Origin: Candidatus Saccharimonadota bacterium
Lineage (GTDB): Bacteria; Patescibacteriota; Saccharimonadia; Saccharimonadales; Saccharimonadaceae
NCBI GenBank assembly: GCA_017510835.1
Contig: JAFWLZ010000034.1
Location: forward strand, 607 to 64,606
Reading direction: 5' to 3'
DNA: 64,000 nucleotides
This document shows positions 1 through 9,157 of the stretch, one piece after another. The notes under the pieces were generated by a model that was not told the DNA's origin, made no database searches, and saw only the letters and a list, made by a program, of their open reading frames with translations. Within the stretch, counting starts at the first letter, position 1; every line of letters begins with the position of its first letter. The position numbers and the translations under genes were made by a program.

Positions 1-443
1 ATCAGGAAGCCGATAATAAGAATAACTGGAACAACAATCATCGCGACGTCTAGGATATTGCCAAGCACGTCAGTGTTATCCTTAATTTCGACAGCAACCT
101 TTCCGTCATTAATTACTTCCTCGAAGCCCTGCTCCTGGAGCGTGCCGGATCCATCTTTACGAGAAATCATATTCTTTGGAAGATCGGTGTTGTCTTTTGC
201 GGTTACTTTCAATTCGTTGCCAGTAACCTCAATTTTCTCAAGCTTCTCTTCTTTTGCATAGCCGAGAATCTCAGTAATGGTGCGCTGTTCGACATTCTTA
301 AAGCCATCGCCATTTAGGCTGATCGTAAATGAATAGATGAGCAATAGTATAATCGCCCAAAAGACGCCTAGTCTAATGAAATTTAAAACTTTGTTTGGTT
401 TCTGCGGTTTTTTCTTGCCGGCAGTATTCTTATATTCTGGCAC
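1..443 (-). CDS. ftsH: FtsH-like membrane protease, N-terminal part only (gene runs off the left edge)
   Basis: Absent from the ORF track because it is edge-truncated. Manual minus-strand translation from GTG 441-443 (GGAG about 7 nt upstream) gives VPEYKNTAGKKKPQKPNKVLNFIRLGVFWAIILLLIYSF...RTITEILGYAKEEKLEKIEVTGNELKVTAKDN...DVAMIVVPVILIIGFL. That is TM1, a roughly 100-aa outside domain and TM2, the FtsH N-terminal layout. The AAA and protease parts lie outside the window. Confidence 0.5.
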   Translation of the reverse strand, partial: MPEYKNTAGKKKPQKPNKVLNFIRLGVFWAIILLLIYSFTISLNGDGFKNVEQRTITEILGYAKEEKLEKIEVTGNELKVTAKDNTDLPKNMISRKDGSGTLQEQGFEEVINDGKVAVEIKDNTDVLGNILDVAMIVVPVILIIGFL

Positions 444-512
444 GTTTCACTCCTATAAAGTCAATATTTTTATTATATCACTTAAGAGAGGGTTTCGGTG
501 GTAGTTTATATC

Positions 513-540
513 TTGACTATTTTCAAATATGTTGTAAAAT
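513..540 (+). promoter_or_regulatory. candidate sigma70-type promoter for the 590..1174 gene
   Basis: TTGACT (513-518), 16-nt spacer, TAAAAT (535-540). It lies about 50 nt upstream of ATG 590. Confidence 0.35.
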
Positions 541-589
541 AATAGCAGTATTGCACATTTACGTTTTTGCCACAAAAGGGGGTGAGTTT

Positions 590-1174
590 ATGGCAAAGCA
601 TAAGATCTTTATTGGCGACTATAATGTTACCAAGATAAGACTTGGCGATTCAAAATCGACAGATTATTCGTACGATTCTCATACGCAGGTTTTGCAGATT
701 TTCTGGCGCGGCAAGGAAGTGAGCCGACGCGAGAATGTTCAGCCAGGCGAAGCATTCATGGTTATTTGCGACGGGAGTGAGCCGAAACTCAATGTGCTCC
801 ATTTGCCGAAGCATCCGAATGACTTTCTTATGTATATCCTAGGATTCGGAAACGGTCTGCGCTGTCACAACTGGAATAAATTCGATAAGACACTAGAAGA
901 ACAGCGAAGAATTAAGCTAACAAAGGATCGAACGGAATATCATTTTTCCGGCGATTTCTATTACTTCTCTTTCTGTGAAGATAAAGCTGGAAAACCATAC
1001 CATCTAGCTGCAATTATCGAAGATGATTTAGATTCAGAGGAATATCTGGAGATACTAAGCGAATGGCCATATCCTATTCGATATCCGCGCGCATTCTTAA
1101 GAGTAGCTTTCAAAGAGCGCTTCGGAATCAGCAATCGGAAAATCGATAAATTATTCGATGAATGGGATAAATAA
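590..1174 (+). CDS. hypothetical protein (194 aa)
   Basis: ORF 395..1174 trimmed to ATG 590, which follows AAGGGGGTGAG (SD). No motif recognised. Confidence 0.6.
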   Translation: MAKHKIFIGDYNVTKIRLGDSKSTDYSYDSHTQVLQIFWRGKEVSRRENVQPGEAFMVICDGSEPKLNVLHLPKHPNDFLMYILGFGNGLRCHNWNKFDKTLEEQRRIKLTKDRTEYHFSGDFYYFSFCEDKAGKPYHLAAIIEDDLDSEEYLEILSEWPYPIRYPRAFLRVAFKERFGISNRKIDKLFDEWDK

Positions 1175-1176
1175 TA

Positions 1177-1207
1177 AGAGCCCGGGTAGTATCACCGAGC
1201 TCTTTTT
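1177..1207 (+). terminator. probable intrinsic terminator
   Basis: AGAGCCCGG / CCGAGCTCT stem with one mismatch, followed by TTTTT just after stop 1174. Confidence 0.4.
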
Positions 1208-1217
1208 CATTCTCAAA

Positions 1218-1293
1218 TGGTCGGGGCGACCCGATTCGAACGGGCGACCTCGCAGTCCCGAACCGCGCGCGCTACCAGCTGCGCCACGCCCCG
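1218..1293 (-). tRNA. tRNA-Pro (CGG)
   Basis: The reverse complement folds as a 76-nt cloverleaf: acceptor CGGGGCG/CGCCCCG, anticodon stem CGCGG/CTGCG with loop TTCGGGA (anticodon CGG), T-loop TTCGAAT, encoded CCA. Confidence 0.9.
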
Positions 1294-1309
1294 ACTAGCA
1301 GATATTATA

Positions 1310-2203
1310 TCACTCTTTCTCTAGCTTGACGATTGCATAGACATTGTCGCTATTAAACTGCATCGTCGAATATTCCGAAACGCGCCATCCTTCGCGATTA
1401 TACTCTGCATGCGGCTTACCGTCTTGGTCGATAGTCGCAATAAACCAAGTTGCGTTTTGCGCATTTTCACCGAAGTTAAAATCCGCCTCATGATATATTT
1501 TTTGACGAGAATAAAACGCTAAAACATCACATATATTGTCCGAGCCACAAACGACCGGAAGATTCAAATGGTTATCAAGTGTCATAATCGTCTGGCTCAA
1601 TTCCTTGCCATCTGACGGCTTATGCGAAAAGACAGCAGCGAGACCACTAATATTCGCAACACAGAGAACCAAGGCTGCAATTGAAAAGATCGGAGAGAGA
1701 CGAATAGACCGGCGGCGAAAAACAAAGAATAAAAGAATATATACAACAACAAAAGCTTCGAGCGTTATAAAAATCCATGAGTTAATGCTCTGCCCAAGCG
1801 CGACTAAGAGCGGCGAAGTCGCAGTCAAGAAGGCTGTCGGCAGCGCAACACGCAAACCGAATATTCTTCTCATGATATAATATACGAGTAAAACAATCAG
1901 AGCTCCACACACTACCGAAAGCATGCGCATCGCAAAATCTGTATGGCCGAGAAAATGTGACCAAGTTTTTAGAGCGAGAATGTAGACTGGCGACTGCTTA
2001 TTCTCAAAAGCAGTTTTTAAGACAGTCGGAAATTCCTCGCGCACCAGATTTGCGCAGTGTACTTCGCTAGGACTTAGCGAGCGAGTAATATTTACGATAC
2101 AGAGAGTCATAAACACCAGACCAAATAACATCGGCGCAAGTATTTTTATCGCGCGCTTGCGGCGGCGAAGATATTTCTCTACTGCTCGAATATACGTAAG
2201 CAT
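1310..2203 (-). CDS. short GT-C (ArnT/PMT, GT39/83-like) membrane protein
   Basis: Multi-TM protein. The segment YILALKTWSHFLGHTDFAMRMLSVVCGALIVLLVYYIMRRIFG...TAFLTATSPLLV resembles the N-terminal region of ArnT/PMT_2 glycosyltransferases. At 297 aa it is much shorter than typical members. TATAAT lies 6 nt upstream of ATG 2203. Confidence 0.45.
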   Translation of the reverse strand: MLTYIRAVEKYLRRRKRAIKILAPMLFGLVFMTLCIVNITRSLSPSEVHCANLVREEFPTVLKTAFENKQSPVYILALKTWSHFLGHTDFAMRMLSVVCGALIVLLVYYIMRRIFGLRVALPTAFLTATSPLLVALGQSINSWIFITLEAFVVVYILLFFVFRRRSIRLSPIFSIAALVLCVANISGLAAVFSHKPSDGKELSQTIMTLDNHLNLPVVCGSDNICDVLAFYSRQKIYHEADFNFGENAQNATWFIATIDQDGKPHAEYNREGWRVSEYSTMQFNSDNVYAIVKLEKE

Positions 2204-2244
2204 AAATCAATTATACACCTCTGTGCTATAATAACCCTATCGCT

Positions 2245-2331
2245 GCCCGCGTGGCGGAATTGGTAGACGCGCTAGCTTCAGGTGCTAGTGTCTTTACGGA
2301 TGTGCTGGTTCGACTCCAGTCGCGGGCACCA
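2245..2331 (+). tRNA. tRNA-Leu (CAG), long variable arm
   Basis: Acceptor GCCCGCG/CGCGGGC, anticodon stem CTAGC/GCTAG with loop TTCAGGT (CAG), long variable arm, T-loop TTCGACT, encoded CCA. TGcTATAAT at 2224-2232 lies 12 nt upstream. Confidence 0.9.
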
Positions 2332-2343
2332 TTTTTTATTGCT

Positions 2344-3891
2344 TTATTCTTCGCCGTTTGCGCCGCTAGCAGAATAGCATGCCTTTTCGTCCTGCGGTCG
2401 CACGTCGTCTTTCTCAAATAAATAGCCTTCTTTTATTTCGTTCTTGTCGTTGACATACGTCTTGACTTTTCCGTCGCCACTTGGCCAACTTGAAGAGTAC
2501 TTACAATTACTCTTAGTCACATAGAAGTTTTTCTGTACACCAGGGTAGCCATCGCGAGTCGAGGCTAAAGCATAGTTTGAGATTGGGAAGCTTGTATCAG
2601 CAAGCTCAATGCGCGATTCGACACGGCGGAACAAATCATTGGCGCGTCCAGTCGAGTCGACCATTGGCTGAACGTTAGCAAACTGGACAATAGTACACTC
2701 GCCAAGCGGAACATTTGCAGAGTTTTCATTATCTCCACAGTCATACATCTTGACAGAAACATCCGTTGTTGGCGCCGCATATGGAAGACTTAGAACGAGA
2801 TAGTTCGTTTCAACATTCCTCTCCGAGCCTTCGATTGGCAGCGGAACATAAAAATCCGCCGAACATGCAAAATTGCTCCAATTTTCACCGAAGTCGCTAG
2901 GATCATAGCCACATTTGATATCAATCGGCGTATTGAAACTCTTATTAGCAGAATAAGAAAGTGCGTTATTCGGGAGATGGTTAGAAAAATTCTTCCCCTC
3001 TCCTTCTAGGATAAGATTGTGTGGATTACTGGTTGTTGGGCGCAATAGAATCGATGCTCGGTTCGTTCTTTCTCCGTCGAAATTACCAAAGGCGCTCGCG
3101 TAGAAATTATCAACATTAAACGTAGTTCCAGTTTGTACATAAGTGAACTGTAGCGGAGGGGGGACAATCGCCTTTTCGCCAAACGAATTGCTATAAAAGC
3201 TCCCCTCAGTATTATAGCCCGGGTTGTTCGTTGCTAGATTCCCCGTTCGTAGCCCGCCGTCAATGTTTGTGTAAAAGCCAGTTGTACTTTCTTCATTTTT
3301 TACCGCCTGATAGTTGTCCTGGTCGAACCATTGTATCTGGATGCGATCTATACTGCTTTGTTTAGTAACATTTTCTGAACGAAGAGGAACTATTTTTGTC
3401 GAAGCGTCACTCTTGAGTACGGCAATAAAGTCGTCCGTAAACGTCGCAATCTTTACACAAGTATAGGCTTGATCTATTGCGTCAGTGTTATATTCAGTCG
3501 AAGTCTGAAGAACAGTTTCTATTTCGCTTTCGGATTGGTTATGCAAAATTTTTCCGACGACATCACAATCTTCTGCCGTTTTATTAGCACTTTTTGAGTC
3601 TCCAAACGCTTCTCTATATGGCTGACAATTCTGGATTTTTCTTCCACCAGCAGAATAAGTGCCATAGTTTACGCAGTTCTGATTTCGTAGTAAAACAATC
3701 TTCGCATCTTCAATTCCGGCGAGAGCGGAATTATATGCTGATTGAGAGAGACTATAGTTAGTAGTGCGGAGAGACTCGGCGAGCATAATTCGCACGAAAC
3801 TCAAAGCAATCACGCCTAGGAGCGTAGTCGTAAAGATTACGATATAGATAGAGGCGGCACCTTTTCTTTCTTTCATTTCTCTTCCCTTCAT
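2344..3891 (-). CDS. PilX-like type IV pilus minor component (515 aa)
   Basis: N-terminus KERKGAASIYIVIFTTTLLGVIALSFVRIML is a hydrophobic PilX_N-like helix without Glu5. It is the last gene of the pilin operon and directly abuts the stop of the upstream pilin gene. Confidence 0.55.
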   Translation of the reverse strand: MKGREMKERKGAASIYIVIFTTTLLGVIALSFVRIMLAESLRTTNYSLSQSAYNSALAGIEDAKIVLLRNQNCVNYGTYSAGGRKIQNCQPYREAFGDSKSANKTAEDCDVVGKILHNQSESEIETVLQTSTEYNTDAIDQAYTCVKIATFTDDFIAVLKSDASTKIVPLRSENVTKQSSIDRIQIQWFDQDNYQAVKNEESTTGFYTNIDGGLRTGNLATNNPGYNTEGSFYSNSFGEKAIVPPPLQFTYVQTGTTFNVDNFYASAFGNFDGERTNRASILLRPTTSNPHNLILEGEGKNFSNHLPNNALSYSANKSFNTPIDIKCGYDPSDFGENWSNFACSADFYVPLPIEGSERNVETNYLVLSLPYAAPTTDVSVKMYDCGDNENSANVPLGECTIVQFANVQPMVDSTGRANDLFRRVESRIELADTSFPISNYALASTRDGYPGVQKNFYVTKSNCKYSSSWPSGDGKVKTYVNDKNEIKEGYLFEKDDVRPQDEKACYSASGANGEE

Positions 3892-4884
3892 TTAGTTCCT
3901 TCCATGTTGATCTATGCCTGTTTCGCCAGAAGCGCGGGCCGCGAAATTAAACTTGTTTACTGCGCAATAATCAAAATCATTACCGGTGTATTCACTATCC
4001 ATCACACCGTCATCGCTGTCTGAACCTTGGCAGAAATCGCCGTTCGAGGTAATATTCACGCCACCACGATATGTCGCAAGGATGAAAGTGCCAGGATAAA
4101 ATATTTGCTTCGTAGTGTAATTCTGGGTAGCTGGAAGAATCGTGAAGTCGTAAAGAACTAAGTCCGCCTCATTTTCCTCGATTAATTCATTAATGTCTTT
4201 TTCGTGAATATTATAAGTCTTTAAATCAAGGAGGTTTTCTGCAGGCTTAAATATTGGAACACCATTTTCAGTTTCGGGTTTTTCTTCGGTGTGCTGGCAT
4301 GCATCCCTATTCATATCCACAAAACGCGCCAATTTTGGAACAATAAATGTTTCTTCAGTTTCCAAAACAAGTACCCCCTTTTTAGCTAGATCCATTTCAA
4401 CCAGAGTTTTATTACTGAGAGATATCTTACCTTCTTTTAGCGTGTCTTTAAATGTTTCCCGAGCCAAGCGAATACTCTCCGCAGTATTCCAGACATAGCT
4501 ATACGATCCGGTACAAAATGCGCCGCTCCATTGTTTCGCCTTTTCATTCTCGTCGGCCTGCTCTGATTTCTGAACCGTTTCCACGAAGTAGTCAGCGCGC
4601 GCCCTGCGCACATCTGCTTCTAATATTTTCGTAAGAACAGTCGCTACGCCTGTTTTATCGTCTTTTCTAGGGTTAATATCTACGTTGACTCGCGACGCCT
4701 GCACAGTGCGAGTCAAGTCAGAAATAATTTCACGACCGACAGTATTAACACCACGAATCGCTAAACCTTTTTGATAAATATTGGTTATCTGCATTATAAG
4801 CGCGGCAATACCAAGAAGCATTGTGCCGAGAAATGACATTGCAAGCATTAATTCAATAATCGTGAAGGCCTTCTTTTGCTTCAT
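3892..4884 (-). CDS. prepilin-type N-terminal cleavage/methylation domain protein (minor pilin, 330 aa)
   Basis: MKQKKA|FTIIELMLAMSFLGTMLLGIAALI is a class III signal with Glu at +5. Confidence 0.7.
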   Translation of the reverse strand: MKQKKAFTIIELMLAMSFLGTMLLGIAALIMQITNIYQKGLAIRGVNTVGREIISDLTRTVQASRVNVDINPRKDDKTGVATVLTKILEADVRRARADYFVETVQKSEQADENEKAKQWSGAFCTGSYSYVWNTAESIRLARETFKDTLKEGKISLSNKTLVEMDLAKKGVLVLETEETFIVPKLARFVDMNRDACQHTEEKPETENGVPIFKPAENLLDLKTYNIHEKDINELIEENEADLVLYDFTILPATQNYTTKQIFYPGTFILATYRGGVNITSNGDFCQGSDSDDGVMDSEYTGNDFDYCAVNKFNFAARASGETGIDQHGRN

Positions 4885-5714
4885 TACTCCATCACCTCCG
4901 GATTATAAAGACGGACTACGGTAGTAATTGTCGACGGGACACGAGTACCCGCGCTAAGCCAACAAGTTCTGATATAGAAATCGAAGTAATCCGAGCGATA
5001 ACTAAACTGATTGTCATTTCCAACGGCATTAATCCAGATGCCTTCCGCTTTAGCGATGTCGTTATAGATAGCGCCATAATCGTAGAGGGAGCGATCCTCT
5101 AATTCGTCGTCAGTAGCACTACTGTCCATTTCTTTATAAATTATCCGAGGATATAGTGACGGTGATGAGAAGACATTTTTGCCATCCTGATCATTAGCAT
5201 AAACGAGCATCTTATTGAGTAATTTATCGTATGGAATGCCCATATATTCTATATCAGTATTATGTTCGCCCTCATCGCTAAAATTATTTGGGATTAGAAG
5301 TCTCGGATTGATTACAAAAGCGCGAAAATTTTCTAGGTGATTGCCGCCTTCATATGGCTCCTCGCAAGACTCCATATTATTAATGTCAAAGAAAACATTA
5401 TTATCTTCCCCATCTTTCACTTGACTTGGCCTCATTGCTTTTTGAGTTATCGTATTCCACGCTTTTCTAAATTGGCTATTGTCCATATTACGCTCAGCGA
5501 CATAATTATTATGAATATATCTCAAAGCATCTGCCTGACCGTCTATCTCGTTGCGCGCCATCTCTGCTTCTAGCGTTCGTTGCGCCGTATTTATTCCGCC
5601 ATTCATCATATTAATCGTAAGAAGAGAAACCATTGCAAAAATAGAAATTGACAACATGACTTCTATAAGAGTGTCGCCGCGACGGTTGCTTTGTTTTTCT
5701 AGTTTTTGTCGCAT
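4884..5714 (-). CDS. prepilin-type N-terminal domain protein (minor pilin, 276 aa)
   Basis: MRQKLEKQSNRRG|DTLIEVMLSISIFAMVSLL has Glu at +5 and an unusual Asp at +1. It overlaps its neighbours, consistent with operon organisation. Confidence 0.65.
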   Translation of the reverse strand: MRQKLEKQSNRRGDTLIEVMLSISIFAMVSLLTINMMNGGINTAQRTLEAEMARNEIDGQADALRYIHNNYVAERNMDNSQFRKAWNTITQKAMRPSQVKDGEDNNVFFDINNMESCEEPYEGGNHLENFRAFVINPRLLIPNNFSDEGEHNTDIEYMGIPYDKLLNKMLVYANDQDGKNVFSSPSLYPRIIYKEMDSSATDDELEDRSLYDYGAIYNDIAKAEGIWINAVGNDNQFSYRSDYFDFYIRTCWLSAGTRVPSTITTVVRLYNPEVME

Positions 5715-6736
5715 AATACCCTTTCTGTCGGATTAGCGGGATCACGCACATCGGCATCCAAATCCTCTAGTTTTATGCCGCTCTGAGAATGGGCATTTTT
5801 CATAATCCGAATCATTCTAGCATGGTCCGCATAGCTCTCGGCACCGCCGCTATCGACACAAATAAAGACGTCTTTAGCACTGAATTTATCATATGATCCG
5901 TCGGCATTTTGCTTGAAATATTGATTAACGCCGTAATCGCCCGCATCTGCACTCTGCGGGATATTTCGATAGTCTACGGCCTCAGTGCCGCCTTTAACCC
6001 TAATAATATCGTCCTTCACGAGCGTCCTTATACTCCCATCGCGCGGAGAGCGGTAAATCAGGAGTGTGATATTTAACGCATCGCCCTCATTACGATCATC
6101 GTCTACGCCTTTAAGCGGCTCTCTGAAGAATGCGCCCCATTTTATTTTCTGAGTCGCTGAATTCCCCGCTACTTCCGTATGATTAGTTTCCGAATGTCTT
6201 ACGAGATTATTTGCTTCTAGTGCACGGAGTAATTCAATGTCAGATGAAGACGGGTTTGAAACTACGCAATATAACTTGTCTTTATTTTCATCATTCGTAC
6301 AATCAATTTTCTCAGTATCTTTCTGAAGAGTAACATCATATAGATCTCTGCCCAGCAGAGTGGTGGTCTGAATTTCAGTAAGTGCACTTTCTTTGTCGGT
6401 CTTGATCGTGACGACTGCTCCGTAAACAGAGCAAGATGTGCGCCCACGACCTGCTTCGCCCTTTATACTACTAGCGACCGAAGATACGAGCGAATCACAT
6501 GCGTTTTCTCCGTCCTTACCGTCATCTCGCAACCCAATCTGCGTGTCGGCTACGAAGGAATAGGCTTTGCGGAGAACGTCAGCAGCATCTTGGACTGCAT
6601 CTTTATAGCGTTGGTTCGCGATACTCGAGCCAGCACCAGCAAGAATACCGGCAAGCAAAAAGCCAGTCAATGCCAAGAATAGCATCACTTCTATGATGGT
6701 GAAGCCTTTTTGCTCCTCCTCCAAAATAATGCCCAT
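5699..6736 (-). CDS. prepilin-type N-terminal domain protein (minor pilin, 345 aa)
   Basis: ORF 5699..6847 trimmed to ATG 6734-6736, giving MGIILEEEQKG|FTIIEVMLFLALTGFLLAG (canonical G|FT..E). This removes the overlap with rny. TATAAT (6743-6748) lies 6 nt upstream. Confidence 0.7.
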   Translation of the reverse strand: MGIILEEEQKGFTIIEVMLFLALTGFLLAGILAGAGSSIANQRYKDAVQDAADVLRKAYSFVADTQIGLRDDGKDGENACDSLVSSVASSIKGEAGRGRTSCSVYGAVVTIKTDKESALTEIQTTTLLGRDLYDVTLQKDTEKIDCTNDENKDKLYCVVSNPSSSDIELLRALEANNLVRHSETNHTEVAGNSATQKIKWGAFFREPLKGVDDDRNEGDALNITLLIYRSPRDGSIRTLVKDDIIRVKGGTEAVDYRNIPQSADAGDYGVNQYFKQNADGSYDKFSAKDVFICVDSGGAESYADHARMIRIMKNAHSQSGIKLEDLDADVRDPANPTERVLCDKN

Positions 6737-6830
6737 GCTTATATTATACATTAGCATAAGCGAAAAATCACGTCTTTTACCCCAAAAAATACCGCCTTTT
6801 GAGCGGTATTTTCGTAATCGTTTTTTGCGG

Positions 6831-8351
6831 CTATTTTGCGTATTCAATTGCGCGAGTTTCGCGAATGACGTTTACCTTAATAACGCCAGGATACTGCATA
6901 GTTGCTTCAATTTTGTCAGCGATATCACGCGCGAGCTTGAGCGCAGATAAGTCATCAATCTGCTTCGGCTCGACAATAACGCGAACTTCGCGGCCAGCGG
7001 AAATCGCGTAAGCCTTATCGATGCCCGGGAAGCTAGTAGCGACATTTTCGAGTGCTTTCATACGCTCAGCGAAGTTCTCGGCAGAGATATTGCGTGCACC
7101 TGGGCGAGCAGCCGAAATTGCATCCATAATCTTAACAATGATTGCCTCTGGCGTAGTTGGCTCGATGTCGTTGTGATGAGCAGCAATGGCGTGAGTAATC
7201 TTCTCGTCCATGCCATATTTCTTCGCAAGCTCTGCACCAATATCTGCATGTTTGCCCTCAATTTTATGCGTAACAGCTTTGCCCATATCGTGGAGAAGAC
7301 AGGCAGTCTTCGTAACCTGAACATCGGCACCAATTTCTTCGGCAATCATGCCGCCCATGTGAGCCATCTCGATCGAGTGAAGAAGAACGTTTTGACCGTA
7401 GCTGGTGCGATACTTCAATTCGCCGAGAAGGTGAAGAATTTCGCTCGGAATACCAATCACGCCAACTTCGCGTGCAGCGTCTTCGCCAGCACGAACAACT
7501 TCTTTTTCGATTTCGCGGTTTGCTTTTGCGACAGCGTCTTCAATGCTAGAAGGATTGATGCGGCCGTCTTTCATAAGACGCTCAAGTGCATAACGAGCAA
7601 CTTGGCGACGAATCGGATCGAAGCTACTAAGCACGACCATGCCTGGCGTATCATCAACGAGAACATCGACACCAGTTGCGTGTTGGAGGGCCTGAATATT
7701 GCGACCTTCCTTACCAATAATGCGACCTTTCATATCGTCATCAGGAAGTTTGAGGCTGGTAACCGTACGGTCAGCCGTAACTTCAGAAGACATGCGCTCC
7801 ATCGTCGTAAGAAGAATTGATTCGGCAGTTTCTTCAATGTGATCATGAAGGGCTTTTTGTTCTTTTACGACGAGCTCGGTCAAATCACGCTTGATGTCTT
7901 TTTCGGTCATCGCCATGAGCTTTTCCTTAGCGTCGTTTTTGCTAAGGCCGGCAATCTTTTCGAGTTTTTCTTGAGCTTTCGTACGAATGCCGCGAACTTC
8001 TTCTTTTAGCTCTTCGAGCTCGTTCTCTTCTTTGCGAAGATTTTCAGATTTTTTATCGAGCTGATCGAGTTTTTTATCGAGCAAGTTTTCGCGCTCGACG
8101 AGACGATCCTCAGTTTTCTTCCACTCTTTGCGACGAGTAGATTCTTCTTTTTGAGTATTGTCGTGAATTTCGGTTGCTTCTTTTTTAGCATTCAAGACGA
8201 TCTCGCTTGCTTCGTGTTTTGCTTTGCGAATAAGCTCGTCTGCTTTATTTTTGCCACCATTTTCTTTGTGCTTGTTTGATGCATAAGAAACACCAACACC
8301 GGCACCTGCGCCGACAACAAGCGCAGCTATCGCTGGGATAATCCATTCCAT
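6831..8351 (-). CDS. rny: ribonuclease Y
   Basis: N-terminal TM, a long Lys/Glu coiled coil, KH region (GRIIGKEGRNIQAL) and HD domain (LLHDMGK...AAHH). SD AAAGAGG lies upstream. Confidence 0.9.
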   Translation of the reverse strand: MEWIIPAIAALVVGAGAGVGVSYASNKHKENGGKNKADELIRKAKHEASEIVLNAKKEATEIHDNTQKEESTRRKEWKKTEDRLVERENLLDKKLDQLDKKSENLRKEENELEELKEEVRGIRTKAQEKLEKIAGLSKNDAKEKLMAMTEKDIKRDLTELVVKEQKALHDHIEETAESILLTTMERMSSEVTADRTVTSLKLPDDDMKGRIIGKEGRNIQALQHATGVDVLVDDTPGMVVLSSFDPIRRQVARYALERLMKDGRINPSSIEDAVAKANREIEKEVVRAGEDAAREVGVIGIPSEILHLLGELKYRTSYGQNVLLHSIEMAHMGGMIAEEIGADVQVTKTACLLHDMGKAVTHKIEGKHADIGAELAKKYGMDEKITHAIAAHHNDIEPTTPEAIIVKIMDAISAARPGARNISAENFAERMKALENVATSFPGIDKAYAISAGREVRVIVEPKQIDDLSALKLARDIADKIEATMQYPGVIKVNVIRETRAIEYAK

Positions 8352-8423
8352 AGATACCTCTTTCTGTGATCAAATTAAAAACAAATAATCCATGCCCCCT
8401 ATGTAATTATTTTATCACGTGGA

Positions 8424-8756
8424 TTACTTTTTTGGTGGAGTAATATTTGCTGGGCGGCCATATTCTGGCAAAATAACGTCGACTTTTTCGCCGCGATGAT
8501 TATAGAGTGGAATATTCAAGTCCTGTGCCAGCGTATTCACGACAGTCGCGCCAATGCGAAGACCGGTAAAACTGCCCGGTCCAGCAAAGAACGTAATCTC
8601 GGAAATATCCTGCCAGTCGGCATTATTTTCAACTAATTTATCGTGAATAAATTTATGTAAATCGCGCGCGAGCGTACGACCGGATTCCCATTCATAAGTT
8701 TTATCGTCAAGTTTCAATATTGTTTTTGGCGATGAGGTGTCTAAATATAGTTTCAT
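8424..8756 (-). CDS. tsaB: tRNA t6A protein TsaB, N-terminal-half-only form (110 aa)
   Basis: MKLYLDTSS...ITFFAGPGSFTGLRIGATVVNTLAQDLNIPLY is the TsaB signature. An ATGA overlap links it to tsaE. Confidence 0.65.
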   Translation of the reverse strand: MKLYLDTSSPKTILKLDDKTYEWESGRTLARDLHKFIHDKLVENNADWQDISEITFFAGPGSFTGLRIGATVVNTLAQDLNIPLYNHRGEKVDVILPEYGRPANITPPKK

Positions 8757-9157
8757 TTTAGCGTAAGCTCCCGGGTGTTTTCGTCGACGTATTTTATTTC
8801 AATAATAATATGTTCTGCTGGTAAAATATTTTGAATGCTCTGCCCCCATTCAATAATTGTAATTGTGGCTGGATCGGAAATTGTTTCCGCCAAATCTTCG
8901 GTCATTAGTCCAGGATCTTCAAGTCGATAAAAATCATAATGAACGAGATTATACTTCTCGCCACGGTACTCACGCGAAATCGTAAACGATGGCGAACTTA
9001 GTTCCGACTTTACACCTAGTCCTTTCGCAAGACCGCGCGTAAAAGTCGTCTTGCCTACACCTACGTCACCAACAAGTTCGATGACGGCTGGAGCTTTTAG
9101 CTCGGCCGCAAACTTTTCGCCATAGTCCAACATCTCTTTTTCAGAGTGAATTAACAT
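8753..9157 (-). CDS. tsaE: tRNA t6A ATPase TsaE
   Basis: Walker A LVGDVGVGKTTFTRGLAKGLG plus SPSFT and HYDFYRL motifs. It ends in TGA overlapping the tsaB ATG. Confidence 0.8.
   Translation of the reverse strand: MLIHSEKEMLDYGEKFAAELKAPAVIELVGDVGVGKTTFTRGLAKGLGVKSELSSPSFTISREYRGEKYNLVHYDFYRLEDPGLMTEDLAETISDPATITIIEWGQSIQNILPAEHIIIEIKYVDENTRELTLK

Noticed and set aside
395-589. N-terminal extensions offered by the ORF track (395..1174, 5699..6847, 15642..16571, 26771..28114, 54939..56498, 56221..57072 and 14862..15827)
   Set aside because: The extensions overlap neighbouring genes or promoters. Internal ATGs have an SD or a -10 box at leaderless distance and give canonical N-termini such as a signal peptide, prepilin motif, MurC N-domain or GT4 start.
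2226-2417. 63-aa minus-strand ORF
   Set aside because: It overlaps the tRNA-Leu gene almost entirely, so it is not coding.
7173-7820. 215-aa plus-strand ORF, and similar ORFs at 12529..12987, 42798..43217, 55743..56285, 1536..1880, 19144..19644 and 23408..23869
   Set aside because: Each is antisense to a confidently identified gene: rny, metG, glmS, GT4, the GT-C protein, the surface paralog or the XRE regulator.
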